Assembly: GCA_965279475.1 (NCBI GenBank)
Contig: CBDIIA010000001.1
Coordinates: forward strand, 360,933-424,932
Reading direction: 5' to 3'
From: Pseudorhodoferax sp.
GTDB lineage: Bacteria; Pseudomonadota; Gammaproteobacteria; Burkholderiales; Burkholderiaceae_C
DNA: 64,000 nt
A program made the position numbers and the translations under genes. The notes under the pieces were generated by a model. The model saw only the letters and a program-made list of their open reading frames with translations, was not told where the DNA came from and searched no databases. Positions 1-12,662 of the stretch are shown here, in pieces (position 1 is the first letter of the stretch; each line of letters begins with the position of its first letter).

Positions 1-14
1 TCAGTCGACGCAAC

Positions 15-644
15 ATGGCGCGTATGGCGGGCAGCATGGCCCTGGTGTTGTCTTCGGCCTATCTGGGCATGGCAATGGCCGCGGATGAAGCGCCTGACAT
101 GCTGGTCAAGCGCCTGTCCACCGAAGTGCTGGACGCGATCAAGGCCGACAAGTCGATCCAGTCCGGTGACGTGAGCAAGGTGATCACGCTGGTGGACACC
201 AAGATCATGCCCAACGTCAACTTCCAGCGCATGACGGCCTCCGCCGTCGGCCCGGGCTGGCGCCAGGCTACGCCCGAGCAGCAGCAGAAGCTTCAGGACG
301 AGTTCAAGATCCTGCTGGTGCGCACGTATTCCGGCGCACTGGCCCAGGTCAGCGACCAGGAGATCAGCGTCAAGCCGCTGCGTGCCGCGCCGGAAGACAA
401 GGAAGTCCTGGTTCGCAGCGAAGTCAAGGGCCGGGGCGATCCGATCCAGCTCGACTACCGCCTCGAGAAAACGCCGGGCCAGGGCTCGGGCTGGAAGATC
501 TACAACCTCAACGTGCTGGGCGTGTGGCTGGTCGAGACCTACCGCAGCCAGTTCGCGCAGGAGATCAATGCGAAGGGCATCGACGGCTTGATCGCCACGC
601 TGGCTGGCCGTAACAAGACCAATAGCGCGCCGAAGAAGAGCTGA
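15..644 (+). CDS. mlaC: MlaC/Ttg2D-family phospholipid-binding periplasmic protein (N-terminus may start upstream of the window)
   Basis: Reading frame stays open back to nt 1. Signal-peptide-like N-terminus. Lies in a mla-bolA-murA context like E. coli mlaFEDCB-ibaG-murA. Confidence 0.75.
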   Translation: MARMAGSMALVLSSAYLGMAMAADEAPDMLVKRLSTEVLDAIKADKSIQSGDVSKVITLVDTKIMPNVNFQRMTASAVGPGWRQATPEQQQKLQDEFKILLVRTYSGALAQVSDQEISVKPLRAAPEDKEVLVRSEVKGRGDPIQLDYRLEKTPGQGSGWKIYNLNVLGVWLVETYRSQFAQEINAKGIDGLIATLAGRNKTNSAPKKS

Positions 645-919
645 TGCTCGTCTTGCCGGCCGAACTCACGCAGGCACAGGCCACGGCCTCGCTGCGCATG
701 CTGTTGCAGGGGTTGCGCGCGCAGAAGGGCCCTGTGGTCGTCGACGCAACCGGCCTCGCGCGTTTCGATTCGTCGGCGCTGGCGGTGCTGCTGCAGTGCC
801 GCCGCGAGGCCATCGCCGTCGGTCGCTCGTTCGCGGTACGGGCCTTGCCCGAACGGCTGCGCGCGCTGGCCGGCCTCTATGGCATCGACGCCCTGTTGCC
901 TGCCGCCGCCGTATCCTGA
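644..919 (+). CDS. mlaB: STAS-domain protein MlaB (anti-sigma-antagonist-like)
   Basis: 91 aa, STAS-like sequence. Start overlaps the mlaC stop (TGATG). Confidence 0.65.
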   Translation: MLVLPAELTQAQATASLRMLLQGLRAQKGPVVVDATGLARFDSSALAVLLQCRREAIAVGRSFAVRALPERLRALAGLYGIDALLPAAAVS

Positions 920-1031
920 ACGATGCCGGCCCAGCCCGGTACCCCCCATCCCTTTCCGTTGAGGCCGTGCCGGGACACTCGGCTGCCGGCCAACGCCACA
1001 TCCTGATCGCCCGTAGAATCCCGGGCTCCCC

Positions 1032-1988
1032 ATGTCAGCCATCTCCTTTCAGTCGGTCACGAAAACCTATGCGGGCGCACGTGGCGGCAACGGCGCTGTG
1101 CTGCGCGCGCTCGATGCGGTGTCCTTCGACATCGCCGAAGGCGAGTTCTTCGGCCTGCTCGGCCCCAACGGTGCCGGCAAGACCACGCTGATCAGCGTGC
1201 TCGCCGGCCTGACCCGCGCCACCGGAGGCCGAGTCACCGTGCAGGGCAAGGACGTGCAGGCCGACTACGCCGAGGCCCGGCGCCGGCTGGGTGTGGTGCC
1301 GCAGGAACTGGTGTTCGATCCGTTCTTCAACGTGCGCGAGGCCTTGCGCATCCAGTCCGGCTACTTCGGTGTGAAGAACAACGACGCCTGGATCGACGAA
1401 CTGCTCGAAAGCCTCGGCCTGGCCGACAAGGCCAACGCCAACATGCGGCAGCTGTCGGGCGGCATGAAGCGGCGGGTGCTGGTGGCCCAGGCACTGGTGC
1501 ACCGCCCGCCGGTCATCGTGCTCGACGAGCCCACGGCTGGCGTCGATGTCGAACTGCGGCAGACCTTGTGGCAGTTCATCGCCCGGCTCAACCGGGAAGG
1601 CCACACCGTGCTGCTGACCACGCACTATCTCGAAGAAGCCGAAGCCTTGTGCAGCCGCATCGCGATGCTCAAGCAGGGCCGCATCGTCGCGCTGGACGAC
1701 ACCAGCGCGCTGCTGAAGGCCGCTTCCAGCAACGTGCTGCGTTTCAAGGTCGACCGCGAGCTGCCTCCGGCGCTGGCCGCGGCCGCCCGCGTGACCGGCC
1801 GCATCGTGCAGCTGCCGGCGCACGGCGCGCTGGAGATCGAGCGTTACCTCGCCGAGGTGCGCCAGGCCGGTTTGACGGTCGAGGACGTCGAGATCCGCAA
1901 GGCCGATCTCGAGGACGTGTTCCTCGAAGTGATGGCGGCGGAGCACGTGCACGCAGCGCGGCCCGACCTCGGCGAGGCGCTCGCATGA
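1032..1988 (+). CDS. ABC transporter ATP-binding protein (ABC-2 type, YadG-like)
   Basis: Walker A GPNGAGKTT, signature LSGGMKRR, Walker B VLDEPT. Confidence 0.85.
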   Translation: MSAISFQSVTKTYAGARGGNGAVLRALDAVSFDIAEGEFFGLLGPNGAGKTTLISVLAGLTRATGGRVTVQGKDVQADYAEARRRLGVVPQELVFDPFFNVREALRIQSGYFGVKNNDAWIDELLESLGLADKANANMRQLSGGMKRRVLVAQALVHRPPVIVLDEPTAGVDVELRQTLWQFIARLNREGHTVLLTTHYLEEAEALCSRIAMLKQGRIVALDDTSALLKAASSNVLRFKVDRELPPALAAAARVTGRIVQLPAHGALEIERYLAEVRQAGLTVEDVEIRKADLEDVFLEVMAAEHVHAARPDLGEALA

Positions 1989-2740
1989 CCGGCTGGCAGA
2001 CCCTCTTCTACAAGGAAGTGCTGCGCTTCTGGAAGGTCGGCTTCCAGACGGTGGCCGCACCGGTGCTGACCGCGGTGCTGTACCTGCTGATCTTCGGCCA
2101 CGTGCTCGAAGGCAATGTGAAGATCTACGACACGATCCGCTACACCGCCTTCCTGGTGCCCGGTCTGGTGATGATGAGCGTGCTGCAGAACGCGTTCGCC
2201 AACAGTTCGTCGTCGCTGATCCAGAGCAAGATCATGGGCAGCATGGTGTTCGTGCTGCTGACGCCGCTGTCGCACTGGAGCTGGTTCTTCGCCTACGTCG
2301 GCTCGTCGGTCGTGCGCGGCCTGCTGGTCGGGCTCGGCGTGCTGGTGGCGACTGCCGGGTTCGGGGGCCTGAGTGTGGTGGCGCCGGTGTGGATCCTGGT
2401 CTTCGCCGTGCTCGGTGCCGCGCTGCTCGGGGCGCTGGGCGTGATCGCCGGCCTCTGGGCCGAGAAATTCGACCAGATGGCGGCGTTCCAGAATTTCGTC
2501 ATCATGCCGATGACCTTTTTGAGCGGCGTGTTCTATTCGATCCATTCGCTGCCGCCGTTCTGGCAGACCGTCAGCCACCTGAATCCGTTCTTCTACATGA
2601 TTGACGGGTTCCGCTATGGCTTCTTCGGTGTCAGCGACGTGTCGCCGTGGGTGAGTCTGGGCATCGTCGGCACCGCGTTGCTGGTGGTCGGGGCCATTGC
2701 CGTCCACCTGCTGCGGATCGGCTACAAAATCCGGAGTTAG
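1985..2740 (+). CDS. ABC-2 type transporter permease (YadH-like)
   Basis: ATG overlaps the upstream stop (ATGA). Multi-span hydrophobic 251-aa protein. In frame within track ORF 1568..2740. Confidence 0.8.
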   Translation: MTGWQTLFYKEVLRFWKVGFQTVAAPVLTAVLYLLIFGHVLEGNVKIYDTIRYTAFLVPGLVMMSVLQNAFANSSSSLIQSKIMGSMVFVLLTPLSHWSWFFAYVGSSVVRGLLVGLGVLVATAGFGGLSVVAPVWILVFAVLGAALLGALGVIAGLWAEKFDQMAAFQNFVIMPMTFLSGVFYSIHSLPPFWQTVSHLNPFFYMIDGFRYGFFGVSDVSPWVSLGIVGTALLVVGAIAVHLLRIGYKIRS

Positions 2741-2757
2741 CAGAGGAGCCCTCGACC

Positions 2758-3009
2758 ATGACTGCAGACGAACTCAAGGACATCATCGCAGCCGGCCTTC
2801 CGTGCGAGCACATTGCGCTGGAAGGCGATGGCCGGCACTGGTACGCCACCATCGTGTCGTCGGCGTTCGATGGCAAGCGGCCGATCCAGCGCCACCAGCG
2901 GGTCTACGCGACGCTCGGTGCGAAAATACAGACCGACGAGGTGCATGCGCTGTCGATGAAGACCTGGACCCCGTCCGAGTGGGCGGCACAGGGGCGGCCC
3001 GGCGCCTGA
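2758..3009 (+). CDS. ibaG: BolA-family protein (IbaG/YrbA)
   Basis: 83 aa BolA-like. Position between mla/ABC genes and murA matches E. coli ibaG-murA. Confidence 0.75.
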   Translation: MTADELKDIIAAGLPCEHIALEGDGRHWYATIVSSAFDGKRPIQRHQRVYATLGAKIQTDEVHALSMKTWTPSEWAAQGRPGA

Positions 3010-3096
3010 GCGGGATCGCCGGCAAGGCGCGGCGGCTCCCGGCGGTCATGCGGCACGCATCGACGCGAGGCCGCGTTTGATTTCCAAGATCGGTTT

Positions 3097-4377
3097 ATGG
3101 ACAGACTATTGATTCGCGGCGGACGCCGCCTGCAGGGCGAGGTGCACATCTCCGGGGCCAAGAACGCGGCCCTGCCCGAGATGTGCGCAGCGCTGCTGAC
3201 GGCCGACCCGGTGACGCTGGTCAACGTGCCGCGCCTGCAGGACGTGCGCACGATGGTGGCACTGCTGCGCAACATGGGCGCGGTGGTCGAGCGCGGCGCC
3301 GATGGCCGCCTCGACATCGACGCGCGCTCCCTGCCCACGCCTGAGGCGCCTTACGAACTGGTCAAGACGATGCGGGCATCGGTGCTGGCGCTCGGCCCGC
3401 TGCTGGCGCGTTTCGGCCGTGCCCGCGTGTCGCTGCCGGGCGGCTGCGCGATCGGGTCGCGGCCTGTGGACCAGCACATCCGCGGCCTGCAGGCGATGGG
3501 CGCCGACATCGCCGTCGAACACGGCTACATGGTGGCCGGCCTTGCGCAGGGCCGCAAACGTCTGCACGGTGCGCACATCACGACCGACATGGTGACCGTC
3601 ACAGGCACCGAGAATCTGATGATGGCCGCCACCCTCGCCGAAGGCGAGACGGTGCTCGAGAATGCCGCGCAGGAACCCGAGATTCCCGACCTGGCCGAGA
3701 TGCTGATCGCGATGGGCGCGAAGATCGAAGGCCACGGCACGCGCCGCATCCGCATCGAAGGCGTCGACCGGCTGCGCGGTTGCACCCACCAGGTGGTGGC
3801 GGACCGCATCGAGGCCGGCACCTTCCTGTGCGCCGTGGCTGCGGCCGGTGGCGACGTGCTGCTGCGCCACGGGCGGGCCGACCATCTGGATGCGGTGATC
3901 GACAAGCTGCGCGATGCCGGCGTGCGGGTCAGCGCGGTCGATGGCGGCATCCGCATCCAGGCCGAGGCTGCGCCTCGGTCGACCCTGAAGGCACAGAGCT
4001 TTCGCACTACCGAATACCCGGGGTTTCCGACCGACATGCAGGCGCAGTTCATGACGCTGAACTGCATCGCCCAGGGCGCGAGCAAGGTCACCGAGACTAT
4101 CTTCGAGAACCGTTTCATGCACGTCAACGAACTGGTCAGGCTGGGTGCACACATCCAGATCGACGGCAAGGTCGCCGTCATCGAAGGCGTGCCGCGGCTG
4201 TCGGGCGCCACGGTAATGGCCACCGACCTGCGGGCATCGGCCAGCCTCGTGATCGCCGGCCTCGTGGCCGACGGCGAGACCGTGGTCGACCGCATCTACC
4301 ACCTGGACCGGGGCTACGACCGCATGGAAGACAAGCTGCGCGGCATCGGTGCCGACATCGAGAGAGTGAAATCATGA
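3097..4377 (+). CDS. murA: UDP-N-acetylglucosamine 1-carboxyvinyltransferase
   Basis: 426 aa; MDRLLIRGG...[12 protein letters not shown]-terminus and full-length MurA-like sequence. Confidence 0.95.
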   Translation: MDRLLIRGGRRLQGEVHISGAKNAALPEMCAALLTADPVTLVNVPRLQDVRTMVALLRNMGAVVERGADGRLDIDARSLPTPEAPYELVKTMRASVLALGPLLARFGRARVSLPGGCAIGSRPVDQHIRGLQAMGADIAVEHGYMVAGLAQGRKRLHGAHITTDMVTVTGTENLMMAATLAEGETVLENAAQEPEIPDLAEMLIAMGAKIEGHGTRRIRIEGVDRLRGCTHQVVADRIEAGTFLCAVAAAGGDVLLRHGRADHLDAVIDKLRDAGVRVSAVDGGIRIQAEAAPRSTLKAQSFRTTEYPGFPTDMQAQFMTLNCIAQGASKVTETIFENRFMHVNELVRLGAHIQIDGKVAVIEGVPRLSGATVMATDLRASASLVIAGLVADGETVVDRIYHLDRGYDRMEDKLRGIGADIERVKS

Positions 4378-4453
4378 GGCTCCTGGCCCCCATTCGGTCG
4401 CTGTCCCCCGAGGGGACGCACCCCTTCCTTGCGGCGGCTCGGCAGGAGGCTGC

Positions 4454-5110
4454 ATGATCACGCTCGCACTGTCCAAGGGCCGCATCTTCGACGAGACCCT
4501 GCCGCTGCTGCGCGCCGCCGGCATCGAGGTGCTGGAAGACCCCGAAACCTCGCGCAAGCTGATCCTGGCGACCAACCGGGCCGACGTGCGTGTGGTGCTG
4601 GTGCGTGCATCCGACGTCCCGACCTACGTGGAATACGGTGGCGCCGATCTCGGCATCACCGGCCGCGACACGCTGATCGAGCACGGCGGCGAGGGCTTGT
4701 ACCAGCCGCTGGACCTGAACATCGCGCGCTGCCGCATCAGCGTGGCCGTGCGCGCCGACTTCGACTACGCGTCGGCGGTGCGCCAGGGCTCCCGTCTGCG
4801 CGTGGCCACCAAGTACGTGGGCATCGCGCGCGATTTCTTCGCCACGAAGGGCGTGCATGTCGACCTGATCAAGCTCTACGGCAGCATGGAGCTGGCCCCG
4901 CTCACGGGGCTGGCCGATGCCATCGTCGATCTGGTGTCCACCGGCAACACGCTGCGGGCCAACCAACTGGTCGAGGTCGAACGCATCATGGACATCAGCG
5001 CACGCCTGGTCGTGAACCAGGCCGCACTGAAACTCAAGCAGGCCGCGCTGCGACCGGTGATCGATGCCTTTTCTGCCGCGGTGGGCAAGGCCGCAGCCAA
5101 CGCCAACTGA
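4454..5110 (+). CDS. hisG: ATP phosphoribosyltransferase (short form)
   Basis: 218 aa HisG-like. First gene of a his cluster. Confidence 0.95.
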   Translation: MITLALSKGRIFDETLPLLRAAGIEVLEDPETSRKLILATNRADVRVVLVRASDVPTYVEYGGADLGITGRDTLIEHGGEGLYQPLDLNIARCRISVAVRADFDYASAVRQGSRLRVATKYVGIARDFFATKGVHVDLIKLYGSMELAPLTGLADAIVDLVSTGNTLRANQLVEVERIMDISARLVVNQAALKLKQAALRPVIDAFSAAVGKAAANAN

Positions 5111-5112
5111 CC

Positions 5113-6516
5113 ATGGACATCTCTGCGCGGCCGCTGCGCCTTTCCACCACCGACCCAGGCTTCGAGGCCGACTTCCAGCGCCAGCTGCACTGGGCGGCCG
5201 ACACCGATGCGGCGATCGAGCAGCGCGTGGCCGAGATCCTGGCCGACGTGCGGCAGCGGGGCGATGCCGCACTGCTCGGCTACACGCAGCGCTTCGACGG
5301 GTTGCAGGCCGCAAGCGTCGCCGCACTGGAGATTCCCCGGTCCGAGCTGGAGGCCGCACTGGCGGTCATCACGCCGGCCCAGCGCGCGGCGCTCGAGGCG
5401 GCGGCCAGCCGCATCCGCGCCTACCACGAGCGCCAGCTCGAAGCCTGCGGCCGCTCCTGGTCGTACCGCGACGAAGACGGCAGCCTGCTCGGCCAGAAGG
5501 TGACCCCGCTCGACCGCGTGGGCATCTACGTGCCGGGCGGCAAGGCGGCCTACCCGTCGAGCCTGCTGATGAACGCGATCCCCGCGAAGGTGGCCGGTGT
5601 CGGCGAGATCGTCATGGTGGTGCCAACGCCGGCCAAGGGCAGTGTCGCGACCGGCGGCGTTGACGGCGCCGGTGGCGCTGCAGCCGATGCGGGCGCCATG
5701 CCGGAGCGCAACCCGCTGGTGCTGGCGGCGGCCGCCATCGCCGGTGTCGACCGTGCGTTCACGATCGGCGGCGCGCAGGCCGTGGCGGCGCTGGCGTACG
5801 GCACGGCGACCGTGCCGGCCGTCGACAAGATCACCGGGCCGGGCAATGCCTACGTGGCGGCGGCCAAGCGGCGCGTGTTCGGCACCGTGGGCATCGACAT
5901 GATCGCCGGCCCGAGCGAGATCCTGGTGCTGGCCGACGGCAGCACGCCGCCCGACTGGGTGGCGATGGACCTGTTCAGCCAGGCCGAGCACGACGAGCTG
6001 GCCCAGAGCATCCTGCTGTGCCCCGACGCCGCCTACATCGCGCGTGTGCAGCAGGCCATCGACCGGCTGCTGCCGACGATGCCGCGCGCGGCCATCATCG
6101 CCGCGTCGCTCAATGGCCGGGGCGCGCTGATCCACACGCGCAGCATGGAAGAGGCCTGCGCCATCAGCAACCGCATCGCCCCCGAACACCTCGAGGTCAG
6201 CAGCGACGACCCGCACCGCTGGGAGCCGCTGCTCCGGCACGCGGGCGCGATCTTCCTCGGCGCCTACACCAGCGAAAGCCTGGGCGACTACTGCGCCGGC
6301 CCCAACCACGTGCTGCCGACTTCCGGCACCGCGCGGTTCTCGAGCCCGCTCGGCGTCTACGACTTCCAGAAACGCAGCAGCCTCATCGAGGTCAGCGCCA
6401 CGGGCGCGCAGCGCCTGGGCGGCATCGCGGCCGAGCTGGCCTACGGCGAAGGCCTGCAGGCGCATGCCAGGGCTGCCGAGATGCGCCTCACGACCCAGAC
6501 AAAGGCAGGCGCATGA
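5113..6516 (+). CDS. hisD: Histidinol dehydrogenase (with a Gly/Ala-rich insertion of about 22 aa)
   Basis: Internal ATG in frame within track ORF 4429..6516. HisD-like throughout except an extra low-complexity segment ([23 protein letters not shown]). Confidence 0.9.
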   Translation: MDISARPLRLSTTDPGFEADFQRQLHWAADTDAAIEQRVAEILADVRQRGDAALLGYTQRFDGLQAASVAALEIPRSELEAALAVITPAQRAALEAAASRIRAYHERQLEACGRSWSYRDEDGSLLGQKVTPLDRVGIYVPGGKAAYPSSLLMNAIPAKVAGVGEIVMVVPTPAKGSVATGGVDGAGGAAADAGAMPERNPLVLAAAAIAGVDRAFTIGGAQAVAALAYGTATVPAVDKITGPGNAYVAAAKRRVFGTVGIDMIAGPSEILVLADGSTPPDWVAMDLFSQAEHDELAQSILLCPDAAYIARVQQAIDRLLPTMPRAAIIAASLNGRGALIHTRSMEEACAISNRIAPEHLEVSSDDPHRWEPLLRHAGAIFLGAYTSESLGDYCAGPNHVLPTSGTARFSSPLGVYDFQKRSSLIEVSATGAQRLGGIAAELAYGEGLQAHARAAEMRLTTQTKAGA

Positions 6517-7610
6517 CCGCACTCGACGCCAGGCTGGCACCCCTGATCCGGCAGGACGTGCAGTCGATGCACGCCTACGCCGTGCAGGACGCCACCGGCC
6601 TGCTGAAGCTCGACGCGATGGAAAGCCCGCACCGCTTGCCACCGGCGTTGCAGGCCGAACTCGGCCGCCGCCTCGGCGCACTCGAACTCAACCGTTATCC
6701 CGGCGCGCGCATCGACGACCTGCGCCGCGCGCTGGCCGCGCACGCGGGCCTGCCCGAGGGCTTCGGCCTGATGATCGGCAATGGCTCCGACGAGCTGATC
6801 TCGCTGGTCGCGATGGCCTGCGATGTGCCCGGCGCGTCCATCCTGGCACCGGTGCCGGGTTTCGTCATGTACGCGGTCAGTGCGCAGCTGCAAGGGCTGC
6901 GTTTCATCGGCGTGCCGCTGACGGCCGATTTCGAGCTCGACGGGCCGGCCATGCTGGCTGCGGTGCGCGCGCACCGACCGTCGATCGTCTACCTGGCCTA
7001 CCCAAACAATCCCACGGCCAATCTGTGGGACGACGCGGTGCTCGAAAGCATCATCGAGGCGGCGCCCGGGCTGGTGGTGGTCGACGAGGCCTACCAGCCG
7101 TTCGCCAGCCGCAGCTACATCGACCGTGTGCACCGCCACCCGCACGTGCTGCTGATGCGCACGCTCAGCAAGTTCGGCCTGGCCGGCGTGCGCATCGGCT
7201 ACATGATGGGCCCGAGCGCGCTGATCGCCGAGATCGACAAGGTGCGCCCGCCCTACAACATCAGCGTGCTCAACGCGGAGTGCGCGTTGTTCGCGCTGGA
7301 GCACGCCGACGTGTACGCCGCGCAGGCGCTGGATCTGCGCGCACAGCGCGAGGTGCTGCTGGCGGCGCTGCGTGCGCTGCCAGGGCTCCAGGTGTGGAAC
7401 AGCGACGCCAACATGGTGCTGGTGCGGGTACCGGCGGCGCCCGGCGAGACCGAACGTGCGCAGCAGGTGTTCGAAGGCATGCGCGCGCGTGGCGTCCTGG
7501 TGAAGAACGTTTCTAGAATGCACCCATTGCTTGCCAACTGCCTGCGCCTGACGGTCGGCACCGCCGACGAGAACGCGCAGATGCTGCAGGCACTGCAGAA
7601 GTCCCTATGA
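6513..7610 (+). CDS. hisC: Histidinol-phosphate aminotransferase
   Basis: ATG overlaps the hisD stop. Class-II aminotransferase sequence. Confidence 0.9.
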   Translation: MTALDARLAPLIRQDVQSMHAYAVQDATGLLKLDAMESPHRLPPALQAELGRRLGALELNRYPGARIDDLRRALAAHAGLPEGFGLMIGNGSDELISLVAMACDVPGASILAPVPGFVMYAVSAQLQGLRFIGVPLTADFELDGPAMLAAVRAHRPSIVYLAYPNNPTANLWDDAVLESIIEAAPGLVVVDEAYQPFASRSYIDRVHRHPHVLLMRTLSKFGLAGVRIGYMMGPSALIAEIDKVRPPYNISVLNAECALFALEHADVYAAQALDLRAQREVLLAALRALPGLQVWNSDANMVLVRVPAAPGETERAQQVFEGMRARGVLVKNVSRMHPLLANCLRLTVGTADENAQMLQALQKSL

Positions 7611-8230
7611 CCACCGATTTGTCCACCGCCCAGTCGCCCGCCGCCCGCATCGCCGAAGTGGCGCGGAACACGGCCGAAACCAGGATCACCGTGCGCGTCA
7701 ACCTCGACGGCAGCGGCCGCGCGGCGCTGGCCACCGGCATCGGGTTCTTCGACCACATGCTCGACCAGATCGCGCGGCACGGGCTGATCGACCTGGACAT
7801 CCACGCCGACGGCGACCTGCACATCGACGGCCACCACACGGTCGAAGACGTCGGCATCACCTTCGGGCAGGCGGTGCACAAGGCCATCGGCGACAAGAAG
7901 GGCATCCGCCGGTTCGGCCACGCCTACGTGCCGCTGGACGAGGCGCTGAGCCGCGTGGTGATCGACTTCTCGGGCCGCCCGGGCCTGGTGATGAACGTGC
8001 CGTTCAAGAGCGGCATGATCGGCGGCTTCGATACGCAGCTGGCGCACGAGTTCTTCCAGGGCTTCGTCAACCACGCCTTCGTGACGCTGCACATCGACAA
8101 CCTGCGCGGCGACAACGCGCACCACCAGGCCGAGACGGTGTTCAAGGCCTTCGCCCGGGCCCTGCGCGGCGCGCTCGAACTCGACCCGCGCACGGCCGGC
8201 ACCATTCCGTCGACCAAGGGTTCGCTCTGA
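7607..8230 (+). CDS. hisB: Imidazoleglycerol-phosphate dehydratase
   Basis: 207 aa, conserved HisB motifs. Confidence 0.95.
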   Translation: MTTDLSTAQSPAARIAEVARNTAETRITVRVNLDGSGRAALATGIGFFDHMLDQIARHGLIDLDIHADGDLHIDGHHTVEDVGITFGQAVHKAIGDKKGIRRFGHAYVPLDEALSRVVIDFSGRPGLVMNVPFKSGMIGGFDTQLAHEFFQGFVNHAFVTLHIDNLRGDNAHHQAETVFKAFARALRGALELDPRTAGTIPSTKGSL

Positions 8231-8276
8231 CACCACGCCGCAAGCCCGCGGACCGGGCACGTACAGCAACAACACG

Positions 8277-8969
8277 ATGAACGCGATGGCAGCGAAAACG
8301 GTGGCGGTGGTCGACTACGGCATGGGCAACCTGCGTTCCGTGTCCCAGGCGGTGCAGACCGTCGCCGACGGTGAAGGCTACCGGGTGCTGGTCACCGCGC
8401 ACCCGGACGAGGTGCGCGCCGCCGAGCGCGTGGTGCTGCCCGGCCAGGGCGCGATGCCCGACTGCATGCGCGAACTGCGCGAGTCGGGTCTGCTCGAATC
8501 CGTGCTCGAAGCCGCCGCCAGCAAACCCCTGTTCGGCGTCTGCGTCGGCATGCAGATGTTGCTCGACCGCAGCGCGGAAGCCCGCGCCGGCGAAGAGGCG
8601 ACCGGTACGCCGGGCCTGGGCCTGGTGCACGGCGAGGTCGTGCGGTTTGCGCTGGACGGCCGCCTGCAGCCCGACGGCAGCCGCTTCAAGGTACCGCAGA
8701 TGGGTTGGAACCAGGTGCGCCAGCAAGCGCCCGACGGCGTGACGCATCCGATCTGGGCCGGTGTGCCGGACGACAGCTACTTCTATTTCGTGCACAGCTT
8801 TTACGCGCGACCGTCTGATGCGCGCCACAGCGCAGGCCTGGCGGACTACGGGGGAAGCTTTACGGCGGCGATTGCACGCGATAATATTTTTGCAACCCAG
8901 TTTCACCCCGAGAAGAGCGCCGCGCACGGTCTGGCGCTGTATCGCAATTTCCTCCATTGGAACCCCTGA
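8277..8969 (+). CDS. hisH: Imidazole glycerol phosphate synthase, glutamine amidotransferase subunit
   Basis: Class-I GATase; [12 protein letters not shown], catalytic-Cys region GVCVGMQ. Confidence 0.95.
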   Translation: MNAMAAKTVAVVDYGMGNLRSVSQAVQTVADGEGYRVLVTAHPDEVRAAERVVLPGQGAMPDCMRELRESGLLESVLEAAASKPLFGVCVGMQMLLDRSAEARAGEEATGTPGLGLVHGEVVRFALDGRLQPDGSRFKVPQMGWNQVRQQAPDGVTHPIWAGVPDDSYFYFVHSFYARPSDARHSAGLADYGGSFTAAIARDNIFATQFHPEKSAAHGLALYRNFLHWNP

Positions 8970-8993
8970 TCCAGACCGGCTGTCCTCAGCAAC

Positions 8994-9737
8994 ATGCTCC
9001 TTATCCCAGCGATCGATTTGAAAGACGGCCAGTGTGTGCGCTTGAAACAAGGCGACATGGACCAGTCCACCACATTTGGCGAAGATCCGGCCGCCATGGC
9101 CCGCAGCTGGGTCGACAAGGGGGCGAGGCGGCTGCATCTGGTCGACCTGAACGGCGCTTTCGCCGGCAAGCCGAAGAATGAGATGGCGATCCGCCGGATC
9201 CTGAAGGAAGTCGGCAGCGAGGTCGACGTGCAACTGGGCGGCGGCATCCGCGATCTGGACACCATTGAGCGTTATCTCGACGCCGGCCTGCGCTACGTGA
9301 TCATCGGCACCGCAGCCGTGAAGAACCCGGGTTTCCTGCAGGACGCCTGCACCGCGTTCGGCGGCCACATCATCGTCGGGCTCGACGCCAAGGACGGCAA
9401 GGTCGCGACCGACGGCTGGAGCAAGCTCACCGGCCACGAGGTCGTCGACCTGGCGAAGAAGTTCGAGGACTACGGTGTCGAAGCCTTCATCTACACCGAC
9501 ATCGGCCGCGACGGCATGCTCACCGGCATCAACATCGATGCCACGGTCAAGCTGGCGCAGGCGCTGACCACGCCGGTCATCGCCTCGGGCGGGCTCAGCA
9601 ACATCGGCGACATCGACAAGCTCTGCGAGGTCGAGTACGAGGGCATCGAGGGCGTGATCTGCGGCCGCGCCATCTACACCGGCGATCTCGATTTCACCAG
9701 CGCGCAGGAACGAGCCGACCAGCTTGGCAACGCCTGA
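8994..9737 (+). CDS. hisA: ProFAR isomerase
   Basis: [18 protein letters not shown]-terminus, (beta/alpha)8 HisA family. Confidence 0.95.
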   Translation: MLLIPAIDLKDGQCVRLKQGDMDQSTTFGEDPAAMARSWVDKGARRLHLVDLNGAFAGKPKNEMAIRRILKEVGSEVDVQLGGGIRDLDTIERYLDAGLRYVIIGTAAVKNPGFLQDACTAFGGHIIVGLDAKDGKVATDGWSKLTGHEVVDLAKKFEDYGVEAFIYTDIGRDGMLTGINIDATVKLAQALTTPVIASGGLSNIGDIDKLCEVEYEGIEGVICGRAIYTGDLDFTSAQERADQLGNA

Positions 9738-10587
9738 TCCGGCGGCGCTCGCCACCCCAGAGACCTTCCGCGGCCAGCCCTGCCTGCGTCTGAGGCTCGG
9801 CGCGCACGACCACGTACTCGTCGCGCTGCACGGCGCCCATGTGCTGTCGTGGACGTCGCTCGGCGTCGAGCGGCTGTACCTGAGCCCGGCCGCGGTGTTC
9901 GATGGGCACAGCGCGATCCGCGGCGGCGTGCCGGTGTGTTTTCCGCAATTCAACGACCGTGGCAGCCTGCCCAAGCACGGCTTTGTGCGCAACCGCGCTT
10001 GGCGTGCAGGTGTGGCGCAGCACGATGCCGCCAGCGGCAGCGTGCGGCTGAGCCTGCAGCTGGCCAGCGACGCGGCGAGCCTGGCGATCTGGCCGCAGGC
10101 GTTCACGCTCGAACTGACGCTGTTGCTGTCGTCCGGCGCTCTGGAGATGACGCTGGCCGCCCGCAACACCGGCGCGGCCGCGTGGAGCTTCACCGGCGCG
10201 CTGCACACCTACCTGGCGGTCCGCGACCTGGGCTCGGTGCGGCTCGAGGGCCTGCACGGCCAGCCGGTGTGGGATGCACTGACCGGCAGCCGCGCCACCT
10301 ATCAGGGCGACGTGCGTTTCGACGGCGAGTTCGACCGTGTGTTCACGGCAGCGGCTGAACCCTTGACCCTGCACGATGCGGCCGGTGCGCTGCGTATCGC
10401 GCAGAGCGACAGCTTTGCCAACACCGTGGTGTGGAACCCCGGCGCCGCCAAGAGCGCGACGATGGCCGATCTGCCTGCCGACGGTTTTGCGCACATGGTC
10501 TGCGTCGAGGCGGCGCAGGTCGAGCATGCCGTGAGCCTTGCGCCGGGCCAGCACTGGACCGGCTGGCAGCGACTCACGGTCGCCTGA
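9724..10587 (+). CDS. Aldose 1-epimerase-family protein (D-hexose-6-phosphate mutarotase-like) inserted between hisA and hisF
   Basis: 287 aa with YeaD-like motifs (VPVCFPQF...). Overlaps the hisA stop. Confidence 0.7.
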   Translation: MATPDPAALATPETFRGQPCLRLRLGAHDHVLVALHGAHVLSWTSLGVERLYLSPAAVFDGHSAIRGGVPVCFPQFNDRGSLPKHGFVRNRAWRAGVAQHDAASGSVRLSLQLASDAASLAIWPQAFTLELTLLLSSGALEMTLAARNTGAAAWSFTGALHTYLAVRDLGSVRLEGLHGQPVWDALTGSRATYQGDVRFDGEFDRVFTAAAEPLTLHDAAGALRIAQSDSFANTVVWNPGAAKSATMADLPADGFAHMVCVEAAQVEHAVSLAPGQHWTGWQRLTVA

Positions 10588-10647
10588 GCCTGCTGCGCCT
10601 TCCTTCTACCGTTCTTTCGTCTTTCTTCACGACCCTCCGGGTACCCC

Positions 10648-11427
<780 letters not shown>

Positions 11428-11459
11428 GCCGCTTGGGTCGAATCGTCGAGAATGGCGGG

Positions 11460-11864
11460 ATGACATGGCTCGACGATGTGAAATGGGATGCGCAAGGCCT
11501 GGTGCCGGCGATCGCGCAGGAGGCCTCCACCGGCGACGTGCTGATGTTCGCCTGGATGGACCGTGAGGCGCTCCAAAAGACTTCCGAACTGGGCCGTGCC
11601 GTGTATTTCAGCCGCTCGCGCGGCAAACTCTGGTTCAAGGGTGAGGAGTCGGGCCACGTGCAGACGGTCCACGAGATCCGGCTCGACTGCGATGGTGACG
11701 TGGTGCTGCTCAAGGTCACGCAGCTGGGGCATGAACCCGGCATCGCCTGCCATACCGGTCGCCACAGCTGTTTTTTCAGCACCCTGCAACGTGGCGCCGA
11801 CGGGGATTTCAGCTGGCAGGTCACCGAACCGGTCTTGAAAGACCCGGAATCGATCTACAAGTAA
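11460..11864 (+). CDS. hisI: Phosphoribosyl-AMP cyclohydrolase
   Basis: Internal ATG ([10 protein letters not shown]...) in frame within track ORF 11016..11864. HisI motifs [12 protein letters not shown]. Confidence 0.9.
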   Translation: MTWLDDVKWDAQGLVPAIAQEASTGDVLMFAWMDREALQKTSELGRAVYFSRSRGKLWFKGEESGHVQTVHEIRLDCDGDVVLLKVTQLGHEPGIACHTGRHSCFFSTLQRGADGDFSWQVTEPVLKDPESIYK

Positions 11865-11868
11865 AACC

Positions 11869-12261
11869 ATGTCCGCTGAGTTGAATTCACAGGATGCGCT
11901 GGCCCGGCTGGCGGCGGTCATCGAAAGCCGCAAGCCGGCACGTGGCGGCGATCCGTCGGCCAGCTATGTGGCCCGCCTGCTGCACAAGGGCCCTGACGCA
12001 TTCCTGAAGAAGATCGGCGAAGAAGCCACCGAGGTCGTGATGGCGGCGAAGGACCTGGAGCGCGGCGGCAACACCGATCTGCTGCGCGGCAAGCTGACCG
12101 GCGAGGTCGCCGACCTGTGGTTTCACACGATGGTCGCATTGGCACATTACGATCTGAGCCCGGCCGACGTGGTGGCCGAACTGATGCGCCGCGAAGGCAC
12201 CAGTGGCATCGAGGAAAAAGCCTTGCGCAAGGCGCTCGCGCGCGAAGGAGACACTGCATGA
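11869..12261 (+). CDS. hisE: Phosphoribosyl-ATP pyrophosphatase
   Basis: 130 aa, MazG-like HisE. Confidence 0.9.
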   Translation: MSAELNSQDALARLAAVIESRKPARGGDPSASYVARLLHKGPDAFLKKIGEEATEVVMAAKDLERGGNTDLLRGKLTGEVADLWFHTMVALAHYDLSPADVVAELMRREGTSGIEEKALRKALAREGDTA

Positions 12262-12650
12262 ATGATGTGATCGATGTCGAGGTCGTCGACAACGCGCAGG
12301 CCCAGCAGCTCAAGACGGTGGGCTGGATCAGCTATGTGCTGCACCTGATCGTCGCCGTCGCTGCGGTGGTGCCGACCGCCCAGGCCAGCATTGCGTTGTT
12401 GCTCGTGGCCCTGGTCATTGACCTGGTCAAGAAGGGCGACGCAGCCGGCACCTGGCAGGCCAGCCACTTTTCGTGGCGAATCCGCTCGGTTGTCTGGGCC
12501 GGCATCCTGTACGTGGTGACGTTCCCGCTGTTCCTGCTGCTGTATCTTCCCGGCGCGATCGCCTGGGCGATCATCTCGATCTGGTTCCTCTACCGCATCG
12601 TGCGCGGCATGGTCGACATGAACGCCAGCCGTCCGGTGGGCAATCCGTAA
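12258..12650 (+). CDS. Small integral membrane protein of unknown function
   Basis: ATG overlaps the hisE stop. 130 aa with about 3 hydrophobic helices. Confidence 0.55.
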   Translation: MNDVIDVEVVDNAQAQQLKTVGWISYVLHLIVAVAAVVPTAQASIALLLVALVIDLVKKGDAAGTWQASHFSWRIRSVVWAGILYVVTFPLFLLLYLPGAIAWAIISIWFLYRIVRGMVDMNASRPVGNP

Positions 12651-12662
12651 AACACACGTTCC

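Noticed and set aside
539-4302. Long ORFs on the opposite strand or in other frames of real genes (for example 539..1042 -, 1035..2060 -, 1844..2707 -, 3106..4302 -), and many similar ones across the window
   Set aside because: They overlap well-supported genes antisense or out of frame. Their translations are Arg/Pro/Ala/Gly-rich and low-complexity, as expected for stop-poor high-GC DNA.
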